Below the pieces are notes generated by a model. The model saw only the letters and a list, made by a program, of their open reading frames with translations. It searched no databases and had not been told where the DNA came from. DNA of 64,000 bases from Trichinella spiralis (lineage: Eukaryota). Positions 13,509 to 25,576 of this stretch are shown here, piece after piece. The stretch covers positions 810,846 through 874,845 of the forward strand of contig NW_003526947.1 in assembly GCF_000181795.1 (NCBI RefSeq), in the 5' to 3' direction. The position numbers and the translations under genes are program-made. Each line of letters starts with the position of its first letter. Position 1 is the stretch's first letter.

Positions 13509-15089
13509 CCTGAAACGCCTCTTCTTCTACTATCACTGTTATGTGAACCATTTATAGTGATTTAGTGAACCAATTATCAAATCACTGATTTGCATAGTCA
13601 ATAAATAACCCTCTGGTAACGTTATTCGGCTACCTGAAGTGTAGTACACTTCGATGTTGAGGCAGCTCTCTCTCTCTTCTCTAGAAATGTAGTTTATGAT
13701 GGGGAGGAAACTAAAATATCGAAGCCTCCTGCATATATCTCATTCATTACAGATTGCTGTAACTTTTGAAACATCTTGCAAAATAATTCCTGACAAATCT
13801 CAAGTTAAATTAGACATGAAATTCTATATGTTATACGTGCAGCATAAATAAGATGTAAGACTAAATTACCGTTTGAATTTCTATTCTCAGCTGTATTTTG
13901 AGATCAATTACAAAGTATCTCAAAAAAATGGAACTTATAATTGTATTCCAGCTTTCGTCGTTTTCGTCTATTTCATTTTTCTGTTTTTCTAAATTACGAG
14001 GAATTGATTTCGATAAAATGATATGAAATACGTTTGCAAGCCACATACCGTTAGCCTAAGGCGCATTTGCACACAGAATAACTCCCTTTTATACCTTTGT
14101 GTTTTTAACTTGCATTTCAATCGTATTATTCGTAGAATGTGACTAAACAAGTATTTACAAAAGAAATACGGCATCTAGAAAATGTCGAACGCAAACCGTA
14201 ATTATTATTTTTTAGCAATTATTTTTCATTCAATTCGTTTAATAATTTTTCAATAAAAAGAATTGGCATTTTAATGATAAAACATGCAAAAGTATTGAAT
14301 CTTTTTAATGGAACAACTTAAGCAATGATTGAAATACTGTGAGTTTGCAAGTCAGTGAAGCAATCCAACTATCTGTTACTGAGTAGAGTATTTTGAGAAA
14401 CAATTAATCTGCATATTCGAGAAACAACCTTCGCGTAGCGTTATTCATGCACTTAGCTTGATTGTACTAAAATTGCATGCTGAAACAGTTATTTGTAAAA
14501 AATAAATTTCAATCTTGAAATCACGAACATGTGACGTAAGATATTCAAATCAAAATAACCACTAGTGGAGAAAATTAAAACACTTTAAATATATTTCATT
14601 TATATAGATTCATGGTATAGTAATTGAATAGTTGGAAAAGATTTATGACAAACTTCTCCCTAATTTCAGTTTGCAACAGCAATTTCAATAACTTGTAGAT
14701 GATACAATCTCAGCATCAATTTCTCCACATCTAATGCAAAACCATACAATTTTCTTAGACAAGCGATTTCCAATGATTAGGTCGATGCATCTCTATGTGC
14801 TTTGAGCAAATTCCAGCGAGCAACAAATTACTTGAAATGTGCATGAGATTTATCGCAAAATGGCTATACATGAGTAAAATTGAAATTGCTCCATCGAAAA
14901 AGATAATTCTTCGGAACTTCACATGGAGTGATTAAATTAATACAGAAAAACTGTATCTCACAGCACTGTATTTAGAAAAAATGCAAATGTCATTCTAGAC
15001 AATAAATTAAAATACTTTACTTCTACGTATGATTTCACCTATTAGTGACACTTATGATAAGCACCAGGTTCCCATCTCATTTTATTATT

Positions 15090-16215
15090 AAGAAGGGATG
15101 GTCCCACTTGGGCTCAATTTTGTTCCCATTCGGTCCCACTGTTCATTTATTGGTCGTTGTCCTCGCTATTTTATTAGTTCGTAATCTCGCTATTTAATTA
15201 GACCGCAAAGTCTTTTTCGTATTGGTTTTCCTTGTCTAATTGCTCATTGATTCAAATCTTTCCCTTGTGATTAGCTGTAATATTTTTTCATTTCATTGGT
15301 TCAAACATTCCATTTAGGATTACGTAACTTTAATAATAGTGACGTAACATAAAAAATGAAAATGTTTATTATTCCAAAATTTTATTGTCTTTTTGAAGTT
15401 TCGTCATTCATTGAAATTTTGTTTATTTAAATATATTATTTGTTGTGTAGTCTATACTTTTTCATTATCAGTATTTTTGAAAATAATTTTTATCATTGTC
15501 CTCTATTTTATTGTACCAAAGTGACGTTATATCAAATGCGATAGTAATCATTCAGAAAAAAACATTACAAAAAATAAGTTAAATAGTGATTTTTATTTTT
15601 CACTAGCCAACAGCACTAACAACTACAATAGTAAACAACATATCAGTGAACGACATTAACAAAGTGGTATCAGGGTGATTTCAAAATTACAAATCATTGT
15701 TTGTGGATAAAGATTGACGCTAAGGACAGCCGCTTTGTTTATTGAAGCTTGAAAAATAAACTCTTATTTGCCAATATCTTTAACCGTACATAGCAACAGA
15801 CTACTGGCACCAGCTTACTCGCCACAATTTCATGGATGGTAAAATGCTATTGATATCATTGGTACAACCTTGAATGTACCATCCGTACCCCAAGTTTTTA
15901 CGGTTGCCATCAGTCTATATAGGCCAGGTGCTCATCTACCCGGTAGGTTTCAACGTGATCTTTTCTATCCATCCCAGCCGGAACTTCTAAATCTGTCCAC
16001 ACTGCACCCCCGCCGCCTTCTTTATCCTATACCAAAATTAAGTAATTGTTAATAACTACGAACACATGCTGTACATTCAGCGCATACTTTTGAACATCTC
16101 CAATATTTCTGTTTGCGGGCACGTTTTAATTTATATATCCTGCCTACCATACCATCGAATTGAACCAAATCCCGCAACGATTTGGTACAAGATGTAACTC
16201 AGCGACATCAACCAT
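15090..16215 (-). mobile_element. Mutator-like (FLYWCH-MULE) DNA transposon remnant, copy 1, with transposase pseudogene at 15666-16215
   Basis: Minus-strand translation across frameshifts and one intron: LVDVAELHLVPNRCG...GRIYKLKRARKQKYWRCSK/DKEGGGGAVWTDLEV (FLYWCH-like), then LMATVKTWGTDGTFKVVP...FTIHEIVASKLVPVV...CTVKDIGK*EFIFQASINKAAVLSVNLYPQTMICNFEITLIP (MULE DDE motifs DGTF and a decayed CDFE). Internal stop and frameshifts. The 3' non-coding part is shared with copy 2. Confidence 0.88.
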
Positions 16216-17638
16216 AACAAGGAACAGAGTAGAAAATGATTCGAATAGCTCTGGAACGCAAAGCACTGAACGCAAACGCAACACCAAAAATGAAAATAAA
16301 TTGGACAATTTTGAATTTCATTTTAAATAACCATTTTGCAACAATATTTAGTTTTCATTTTATATTTTATCTACAATCGAAGATCAACTTCTGATATTCC
16401 TTGTAGCACTAATGCCTTTTGTTAATACTGACAGAATAAAATTAATCACACACAAATAGCGAATGCTAACATCAAAGTATGCGATGTCCACAGCAGAGTG
16501 AATTTGAAGCAGCTTTAACTGCTATTCTGCTTCGTGCTGACCTTCGCTTCCTTTTTGCTTCCAAAGTGTTTTACACTCATTTATTTCAGTTCATCAAATA
16601 AATTACGTTTCAGCTAGCAATTAAATGAAATTTATGCATTAGATGCTTTTCCGTTTGTCAGAAAATATTCTGATGATTAGCTAAAGGCGATTGTAATACA
16701 ATGGAAAAATCAACAAGTGATGAATTGTCCACAGCTGCAGTTGTCAGCTGAAACTAGGCATGGCAACTGCTAATTTGTTAGCATCGAATTACATTTTCGA
16801 TTCCCGTCTGACTGTTCTATGAAAATCTTTCTTGTTAGCAATCAAAGAATTTTATTTTCAACTTCAGAAAGTTTTGACTTTTTTCATCAGTGTTATTGTT
16901 TAAAGTCGTATATTTTATTTAAATAGAAAATTAAAAATCTGCAATATTACTTACAAGTCAAAGAACAAATTTATTTATATATTTCGTGTAAATTGTAAAC
17001 TTTATATTTCAACATCTGAAGAAACCGACTAGTACGTTGGTGAACACTTAAATTGCTATCTGTTTTCATTTCCATTTGCAAGCTTTCAGTGTATATATTT
17101 TAATGATAATGAAATATTTAAACATTCCGCATCAAAAGCAGTGCCTATGATGTAGCTGATCTGTTTGATGTTGTATTTCAAATTACATTTGAACTTGGTT
17201 ATAAGTGAGCATGGAATTTGGCTAGAATTTCCATGCACTTATTCATTATTTTATCGTTTAAGTAACTACAGGGAATTTTTTCGGCCAAAATCTTACGCAC
17301 TTAACCAAGTTCGACTGTATTTTATATGAAATGTATGAACGTCAAACAGGATTTTTCATACAAACAGCAAACCTCTTCAACATGTATAAAAAAATATATA
17401 TGGATGTTTTGTAACAAAAGAAACTTTGTAAATATTAAAGTAAAATTCTTGGATTGGAAATAAGAAAGATTCAAATAGAACACTCCCAGTAAAATTCAAA
17501 AAATTCATCAGATGCTAACAATTTAGTAGTTGTCACTCTTTGGTTAAGCTTGAAAGCTGCAACTGTGAACAATTTGTCAATTGTGTATTTTCCTTTTGTA
17601 TTAAAATTGCTTTTACCAACATATGTGATGTGACGAGA

Positions 17639-17959
17639 NNNNNNNNNNNNNNNNNNNNNNNNNNNNNNNNNNNNNNNNNNNNNNNNNNNNNNNNNNNNNN
17701 NNNNNNNNNNNNNNNNNNNNNNNNNNNNNNNNNNNNNNNNNNNNNNNNNNNNNNNNNNNNNNNNNNNNNNNNNNNNNNNNNNNNNNNNNNNNNNNNNNNN
17801 NNNNNNNNNNNNNNNNNNNNNNNNNNNNNNNNNNNNNNNNNNNNNNNNNNNNNNNNNNNNNNNNNNNNNNNNNNNNNNNNNNNNNNNNNNNNNNNNNNNN
17901 NNNNNNNNNNNNNNNNNNNNNNNNNNNNNNNNNNNNNNNNNNNNNNNNNNNNNNNNNNN
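17639..17959. other. Assembly gap (N run)
   Basis: 321 consecutive N. Confidence 1.
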
Positions 17960-18704
17960 CTTGACATTACACCCGGAAGTTAGCATCTAATCTTGATAAA
18001 TTTCAAGAGGAAATAAATTAATTTACAAACAGTCAGAGCGGATTTATATATCAGGAGGGAAATCGGTAATAGACCGAAGAAGAAACAAGGAAGAAGATAA
18101 AAATGCCCCTGGCCACCGCTTATTTATATTAGTTTTTTATTTCATTGTATTGCATTATTTAGTTTCTTCCATTTTCGTTGTTTCCACTTTGTTAATGTCG
18201 TTCACTGTTGTTTTTTAATGTTGTTGTTAGTGCTGTTGGCTAGTGAAAAATAAAAATCACTATTTAACTTGTTTTTTGTATTGTTTTTTTCTGAATGATT
18301 ACTATCACATTTGATATAACGTCACTTTGGTACAATAAAATATAGAATAATGATAAAAATTATTTTCTAAAATACTGATAATAAAAAAGTATAGATTACA
18401 CCACAAATAATATGTTTAAATAAACAAAATTTCAATGAATGACGAAACTTCAAACAAACAATAAGATTTTGGAATAATAAATATTTCCATTTTTTATGTT
18501 ACGTCACTACTATTAAAGTTACAAAATCCTAAATGGAATATTTGAACCAATGGAATTAAAAAATATTACAGCTAATCACAAGGGAAAGATTTGAATCAAT
18601 GAGCAATTAGAAAAGGAAAACCAATACGACAAAGACTTTACGGACTAATAAGATAGCGAGGTCAACGACCAATAAATGAAAAGTAGGACCGAATGGGAAC
18701 AAAA
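17960..18704 (+). mobile_element. MULE remnant, copy 2, inverted relative to copy 1
   Basis: 18184-18704 is the reverse complement of 15118-15667 with scattered differences. 18073-18126 translates TEEETRKKIKMPLATAYL, resembling the post-catalytic 'RKIRMLLATAFLP'-type segment of FLYWCH-MULE transposases. Confidence 0.8.
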
Positions 18705-19525
18705 CTAATTAACAATAAATTAAATTTCGTATTGTAAAACTTAAAAAAACGTAAAAATGAACAAAAAGAGCTTACTTGATGGCAGTTTTGAATTGAAATT
18801 CCAAAAGTTCACAAATCTGTACGGTAGATTATCGAGTGAATAGAGAGCCACATAACATTGTGTGATGCAACTTCAGCATCGACGTTTTCGTTGGCAGTTA
18901 AGCAGTGCATAAAACGCCGTGCAATTAATTTTCAAATCATACTGCCATTAATTGGAAATTTTGTAACAAATGTGGGTAAAAACATTGGCTCAAAAAAGTT
19001 GATAAAAAATTGATACAGTATCAATTTAGATTTTCACGCATTAATTCATGAACAGTAAGGGATGATGAAAAAATCAAAAAATACTTTTTTATTAACTTAA
19101 ATTCATTGCTTATTGTTTGATTTACTGCATCAGGAAAACGAAAACCTAATGAAATGCATTTAATTAAAAGATGGCGTTCAATAATTGCAGTTATGGCATT
19201 TTAATGAAGTATTTAAAACAAATTTTCAGCAATATCTAATCGATCATTTTATCACAAATTTGGTAAAGCGTTTGAAAATATTGAGAAATAAGGTTATTCA
19301 GTTTCAAACAAGAAACGTCGTTCTATGAAGCAAAGAATGATAAATACCTGTTCAAAAAAAGTAACAACAGCAGTCACAAAAGATACAGGCCGCACAGAAT
19401 TCCTTAAGTGCAATGATGAAGCAATGTTCCACATCAGCAAAGGGACAACGCATTAACTGTCAAGTTGCCAGAAGGCTGAGTTTCGAGTGATTAAGCTCCA
19501 TTGTTTAGTAATTACTTCAATGTAT

Positions 19526-20311
19526 CAGCCCCGTAGTGTGATCAGTTTCTTGGAAGGGGCAGATATGATTTTGAGAGGGGCGTGTGGTCTTGTGACATTA
19601 CTTTTAATAGTTCATATGACCACTTTGCATACATCAGTATATCAGCTCAAATTTTCGCTTGAACGTGCGTAATTTAGTTATCACGATGGCTGATTATTCA
19701 ATATTTTATTTTACGTCTATGAGTAATTGATATGTGAGTTTAGTAAAGTTGCAGCCTATGATTTCCAGCTTTTTGAAACTGTCGCAGAATCTCCTCGTTA
19801 GAAATGCTTTCCAGAATTTTGCGTTCAAAAAAAATTATCACAAGATTGCTCATACATGCGTGTGTCATTGACCGCCAAAATGAGGATAGTAACCTTGAGC
19901 GGGTGCTGACACTTGCTTCAGAAATAAGTGAAGACATGCCTATAGTCAATGCAGCAGCGGCTAATTGATATGAATTTGGGAATGCCTGATGGAATGCCCG
20001 TGAAGGATGGCAATAATTTCATCCAGATGCGCTTTTTCAGAATCGAATTCATTTTCATGAAAGGTCTTTGTGGTTGTAATTTTCTCTTCTGTAGCTAAGA
20101 CATTCACTTCTGACAGATCAGCCAAGTATTTCAGGGTTTCCAGATCAAAACAATTTGGACCTCTTTGCACAGAAGAAATCGATTTAATCAGGTCTTTGTT
20201 GGATTCACAGTTGCGCTTCTCTCCGGAGGGAAAAGCATAAGATTTTACTAGGGCAATGGCAATACCCCCCATATGCCCTCCCCCGGGGCTCGACTCGACG
20301 CTAAGGGGCTG
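19526..20311 (-). mobile_element. Non-autonomous (internally deleted) hAT transposon, 786 bp, with decayed C-terminal dimerisation domain
   Basis: TIRs CAGCCCCGTAGTGT / CAGCCCCTTAGCGT (12 of 14 match). Perfect 8-bp TSD CAATGTAT at 19518-19525 and 20312-20319. Frameshifted peptide ...AFPNSYQLAAAALTIGMSSLISEASVSTRSRLLSSFWRSMTHACMSNLVIIFFERK... fits the hAT dimerisation domain. Confidence 0.93.
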
Positions 20312-20481
20312 CAATGTATGCTTATGCATCGCTAATAGAATAATGCAAGCTTGTTCACATGTTGATAAACGAAAGTCTGAGCAGAAATTATTTTTATTCA
20401 AAAAATGAATGAAAAACCAAAAACAACACAAAAAAGTAAAAAAAGTATCAAAAAACAAATACGTTTCCACGTTGTGTGAAA

Positions 20482-22377
20482 TTAATTTCTCATTTGTATG
20501 TTTTCTACTTTAATTTTCAGATATTCATGGATCAGATAAGAAGAGTTAATTGAACAAATGGCTTCAATTTCCACTTTGCAACCTATTTTGTTCAGTTCGT
20601 GTAGCTAAAAGGATATAATTATCATTAGAAGAACCAGAATTCTGATCTAGAATGAACAATTATAACGATGAAAAATAATTCAAACCTGGCTAATGAGGAA
20701 ATGATCACCGCTTGCTTCAAAGCGGTTTAACAATGAGTAGATAAGTTTTCGTTCTCGAATGCCTAACATCAATTTCTGCGTATCGGATAAATTTAAGCTG
20801 TAAAAGTAAAACATGCCAGGTTGATTTCAGTTCAATCTCTTTTTACTTTTTACCTGCTAATTTCCGAAGGATAAACTCCAATCCATTTCATCCATGGCAA
20901 CAGAACATTCACTCCACTTTCGTAAGAAACATTCTGCAAAAATAGACTTCAAATACATTCCATATCATTTGCCAAAACAAATCAATTAGGTTTGAAAATG
21001 AAAAGTGAATAATTTTCAGCAAATGTATATTTTCTGAAGCATCAACATTGTAAATATGTGTAATTGTTTCAAAGGCATATAATGAATGTACAACAGCCTA
21101 CAACATCTTAAACATTGACAAATAAAAATGAAAATCGATATTATGCTTTTGGAAACACTAACTTTTTTAAATGATTAACACTAACATTTTTCAAAAATAA
21201 AGTTTTCCAGAACAAAATGAGAAAAATAATGCGAAACAATATAATTTCATCATTCTATTACAGAATCATTTTTTATGAAATGAATAGTTAGTTCACTTCT
21301 TGAAAAATCTACATTTACAGAAATTTTATCAAAAATTTAAACATATAACATAAAAAAGTAAATAACTTTAACACTTATACTCAACGCATGAAAATAATAA
21401 AATTTACATACCATAGGGCCATATTTGTATGTGAGAAATATTTCAATTCCTATAAAAAGCATTCAAATATTTAATCTGTAATACTATTTAAAAAATGTAC
21501 CACATGGATCAGCATCCATTAACGCAAACATGGGCAATTTCAGATAATCGTACAGTTTACGCAAAAACAACCTTGTTGGAAAATCTGGATAGCCCTTTGC
21601 CTAAAAAATATATTTTTACAGATTTATAAATACCAAGTGACCAATTTACCGTAACAAGTATTGCAGACCGTAAAACACTGTTTGCTTTTTCCATTGCTAA
21701 TTTTTCAAATATTGAATCTTTTTCAACAATTAAAATGAACGTTGCTGAAGTAGTGAGCACTTGAAATTCATCACTACGAGTAGGAATTGTAGAAATCGAG
21801 TTACAATCGACAATTTCTGTGTTGCCCAATTGAAAAACCAAGTCTCCAAGAACTAATCCTTTTGGGGAAGATAACTAAAAATGATCAATTCATTTAATTA
21901 ATATTTAATTATTGAAAATAAATAAAATCTAACAATGTTAAATTTGTATCGCGGTGTCACAAATATTTTGCAAATAGCTTTAATTGCCCTATCCAAATCG
22001 CCTTCGCTTCGAAACAAATAACGATGTTTGTAATACAGATTTCTACAATAACATTTCTGTTAATGCCTGTTAACCCTTAAGAAAGGTATTTACCGTTTAG
22101 TACAATACTGCGAATTACGCAAAAGTGAGTAACTTTCAGACAGCAAGCAAAGAACAATAGGAAACATATGACAATTACGAGTTGTCATTTCGAGCGCATA
22201 TTCTTTAGCCCTAGGTCAATAACGTAATTTACAATGATATAGCAAAATGGAAAATTACCTTGGTAAATAGAGTGCAGGTCGAGGTCCTATAAAAAGTGAC
22301 AAACAAAATGCAAAAATGCAGTGTTCAATTTTTCGTAAGACCACATCTTGATCGGTTTTTGCTTGAAAACATTCCAT
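20482..22377 (-). CDS. spo-11: Meiotic recombination protein SPO11 (TopoVI-A-like), 9 exons
   Basis: Spliced by eye with canonical GT-AG sites: [10 protein letters not shown]... CTKR/NLYYKH (catalytic Tyr motif, 22030-22035), [40 protein letters not shown] (Toprim DxD), [14 protein letters not shown]...MRN*. Confidence 0.96.
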
Positions 22378-23074
22378 TGATTTCCACCTGCCCTCAATAA
22401 ATCAGCATCAAAATGAAATATAAAACGCAACATTTATTTCTTTTTTTTTTATTACATAACCAAATAAAACAGCCCACAAATTAAGTAGTGCCTCGTTATT
22501 TACAGCAGTTATTTTTAAAATGAAAATTGAAAAACGTGAAATGAAAAATGACACTAAAAATATGACAATCTATTCAGCGTTTGGAGCAAATATGGAATTT
22601 GAATTCGTTTGAATATGGAATAATGTTATCTTTATAAAACAAGAACAGTTATAATACATTTTCTTTGAAAAACAAATTATTTGAAGCAGCGTACTGTAAT
22701 ACAGATAATAAAGATCTAATTCATTATACTGTAAAACTTCCAACCATCTGATATCAAAACCAAACATCATTATTCGTCTTTTAATGGAGAAGATATCTAC
22801 TGCTTTTAAAGCAAAAATGAACAATAAAAATTGGTTTACTGTAAACGTGGACAAAATTTTGCTCGCATTCTTTCATTTACACAGTATTTTCATTACTCAA
22901 TTGTTTGATTAATTGAAAATGTTTTTCGCATGATTTGCTCATATGAAGATGCGTTTGTACAGTATTATTATTTATAAAAATCTGTTTCATGAATGAATGA
23001 ACATAACTTAAAAGTAATATGAATTAAGTAAAATGAACTTATATAATTTGTGAAAAAAAATTAGCTTCAGATCA

Positions 23075-24252
23075 TCATTCAAGAATGTGCCATGCATTCC
23101 ACGACAATTTTGAGTTTGCTTTGTATGTAAAGGGCGGCACAGACCGATTTAATAATTTCCATTCATTATCTTGAAGTTTAAAAAAAAATGTACGGAGCAA
23201 AGATACAGCTCTGTTTTCACACGCCGCTTTGCCTTCGGAACTGATCTCGCAATTGCAAATTGCATTGCATAAGTCCTTAATTTTCCAGTCGCTCACTATA
23301 AAAAGAGCTACATTTCCATCATGATTTCTTTGAATCTCGTCAAGTATTTCGTTCCTAAATTAAACAAACCATTATTTGTAAATAAATTGTGTAGTTAAAA
23401 TTATTCAAAAATTGTTTCCAACCGCTGTGAAAAATCTTTTATCCGTTTCTTCGATTTGTGTGCAGTGTCAACTCTGTGAATGTTATGTGCACTAAACTGG
23501 TCTGTTTTAATATGCCACCATTGATTTTTGTCCATAAGTTCGGAGTCTGCTTCTAATTTTGGCTCAATTCGAATTTTTATGTGTCCACTTGGATCCACCA
23601 CTTTTAGGATTATATCCGCCGTTTGAACACAACGGAAATTCGGCGCCGCATATACACAGTTTCCCAACAATTGCGCGTTTAACACATTGGCAGAAACCAA
23701 ACCTTCGGCGTACATTTTTGCAGTATTACACCCGACAGTTGTTAATGGCGGATCAGCCAGCCAAGCAGCTTTTCCACCTTTGCGCCACATCAGTGTTCGT
23801 GGAAGATTAGCATTGCCAATTTGACAAACGCTATTTTCAGGTAGTGGAAAAGATTGGGCTTTCATTTTGCTCACTATTCGGCTGATGGAAGATAAAGCTC
23901 CCTTCTTCTCCAGGCCCGGCAGCCAATCTGCATCCTCGTAGATGTCTTTTGCAGATTCTGCCGCTCCAATAGCGATAAATAATTTTTCATCCTGACTATC
24001 CCTGTAAAAACAATTTCAGTTGTTCATTTATATGCTGAGAAATAAGAAACTAAAAAAGTTTTACAAATGAAAAATCAATTGCGAAACTTACATGGAAAAT
24101 GTGAAGAAACGAAGCACCTCGCTCTCAAACGTAGGAATGTATAAATAACATTTAAGCTGGTAAGTTAGGCATTTTGTATGCAGTAGTATTTTAAAGTATA
24201 TTCACTTTAAACATTCATTTAACTCGTCTTTAAACAATTTTTTGCTTACCAT
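23075..24252 (-). CDS. Histidine phosphatase superfamily protein of UBASH3/Sts/ecdysteroid-phosphate-phosphatase type, probably catalytically inactive; 4 exons
   Basis: ATG-only first exon (ATG|gtaagc), then LKCYLYIPTF...; motifs DPPLTTVG, VYAAPNFRCVQTADIIL, KIRIEPKL and C-terminal PPFTYKANSKLSW match the Sts/UBASH3 PGM-like domain. The RHG motif position reads IGAAE. The first two exons are less certain than the core. Confidence 0.8.
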
Positions 24253-25576
24253 GTCCGCTTTAGTGCAAAATCTGGCTAATCTGAATGTGTAAAACAGCAA
24301 ATTTTAAAGTGATTTTTTCCAATGTTTGACTTTGTTCATTGGCCCAAAGGATCCATCAGAGAGTTAATATGTTTAAACATGTAAATATAATCAAGCAGCT
24401 GCTCATAAGCGGCTCATCTGCCATTGGCTTTGTTCGTGAAAATGTTTGCACAAAGCTAAAAAGGCAGTGGAAAGGGCAACGAGAACTCATCGAGCTGCTA
24501 AGATTCATCTGCAACAGGAAAAATGACAAATAAATTTATTAAATGAAAATACTAATCCTGTTAAGTGTAATACTTTTCAAAGGACACCAATTTTTAGATG
24601 GAATAGCACGAAATGTTTCATTTATTTAGTTATTTAGTTCCAACAATGCAGCACAGCACATTTAACTTTCGAATTCAAATCAGTTTAAACAGTTATTTAA
24701 ATAAATCAAATTATCGCAAGTTATTTGTGAATTTTTTTAAATAAAATTTTCAAATAAGAAGTCTCACTCAATAGTCTTTTTATTAAAATAATGGAAACAA
24801 AAATAGCAAAACAAAAATATATAATGGTAAACGCTGAGTAAGACGTATTATAGTCAAAAAGTTATTTCAGTACATGCTGTGATAAGAACATGAAACCAAA
24901 TTTAATAATACAACAGCAATTGATATGGTTAAAAATATTTTAGCACTCTTGTTAATCTTCCAAGTTATGAATGCATTTGTAACACGCGATGTTACGGTTA
25001 GCTTTGGTCGGTCACCGATGCTAGGCACATCACTAATTTTTAACCTCTATTCATAAATATATACAAGCACGAACAACACACACTCGAGCGTGCAACTATT
25101 CCGCTATCACACAAAGCGCCTCAAAATTAATTTACATATGTATATATTAATTTTGAATTGGCGCCTGTCCCATTTTCTTCCTCTCGACCTTGACTTCCTT
25201 TTGATTGTTTTTGCGATCGTACCCATTGCACATTGATCATCAATCAATTATAATTAAATCAATTATAATCAATTAAAATTATAAGATCACAAAAACGTTG
25301 CGTAATACTTACATGCTGCAAATTATGTTGTCTCATGATTGTAGAATAGATCTATCATGTCGCATTAAGTGCTAAATTAATAAAATTGCATACATTATTA
25401 ATTAGTAATGTTTGTTTGAAAAAATACTGAACTGCTTACACAGTTTATTTACAACCAGAAACAAAACAACAAGTTTTCTATTACTCACTTGAAAAGCTGT
25501 TTATGTGCATATAAGGGGGGAGGGGGACAACAAAAGCCACCGCATTAATATCTAATTTATTGTTGCAACTTTTATT

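Noticed and set aside
17471..17986. ORFs of 144-171 aa spanning the N run
   Set aside because: Artefacts of translating N as X.
22570..22854. 94-aa ORF between the pseudophosphatase and spo-11
   Set aside because: Non-ATG start, AT-rich low-complexity composition and no motif; probably UTR or intergenic.
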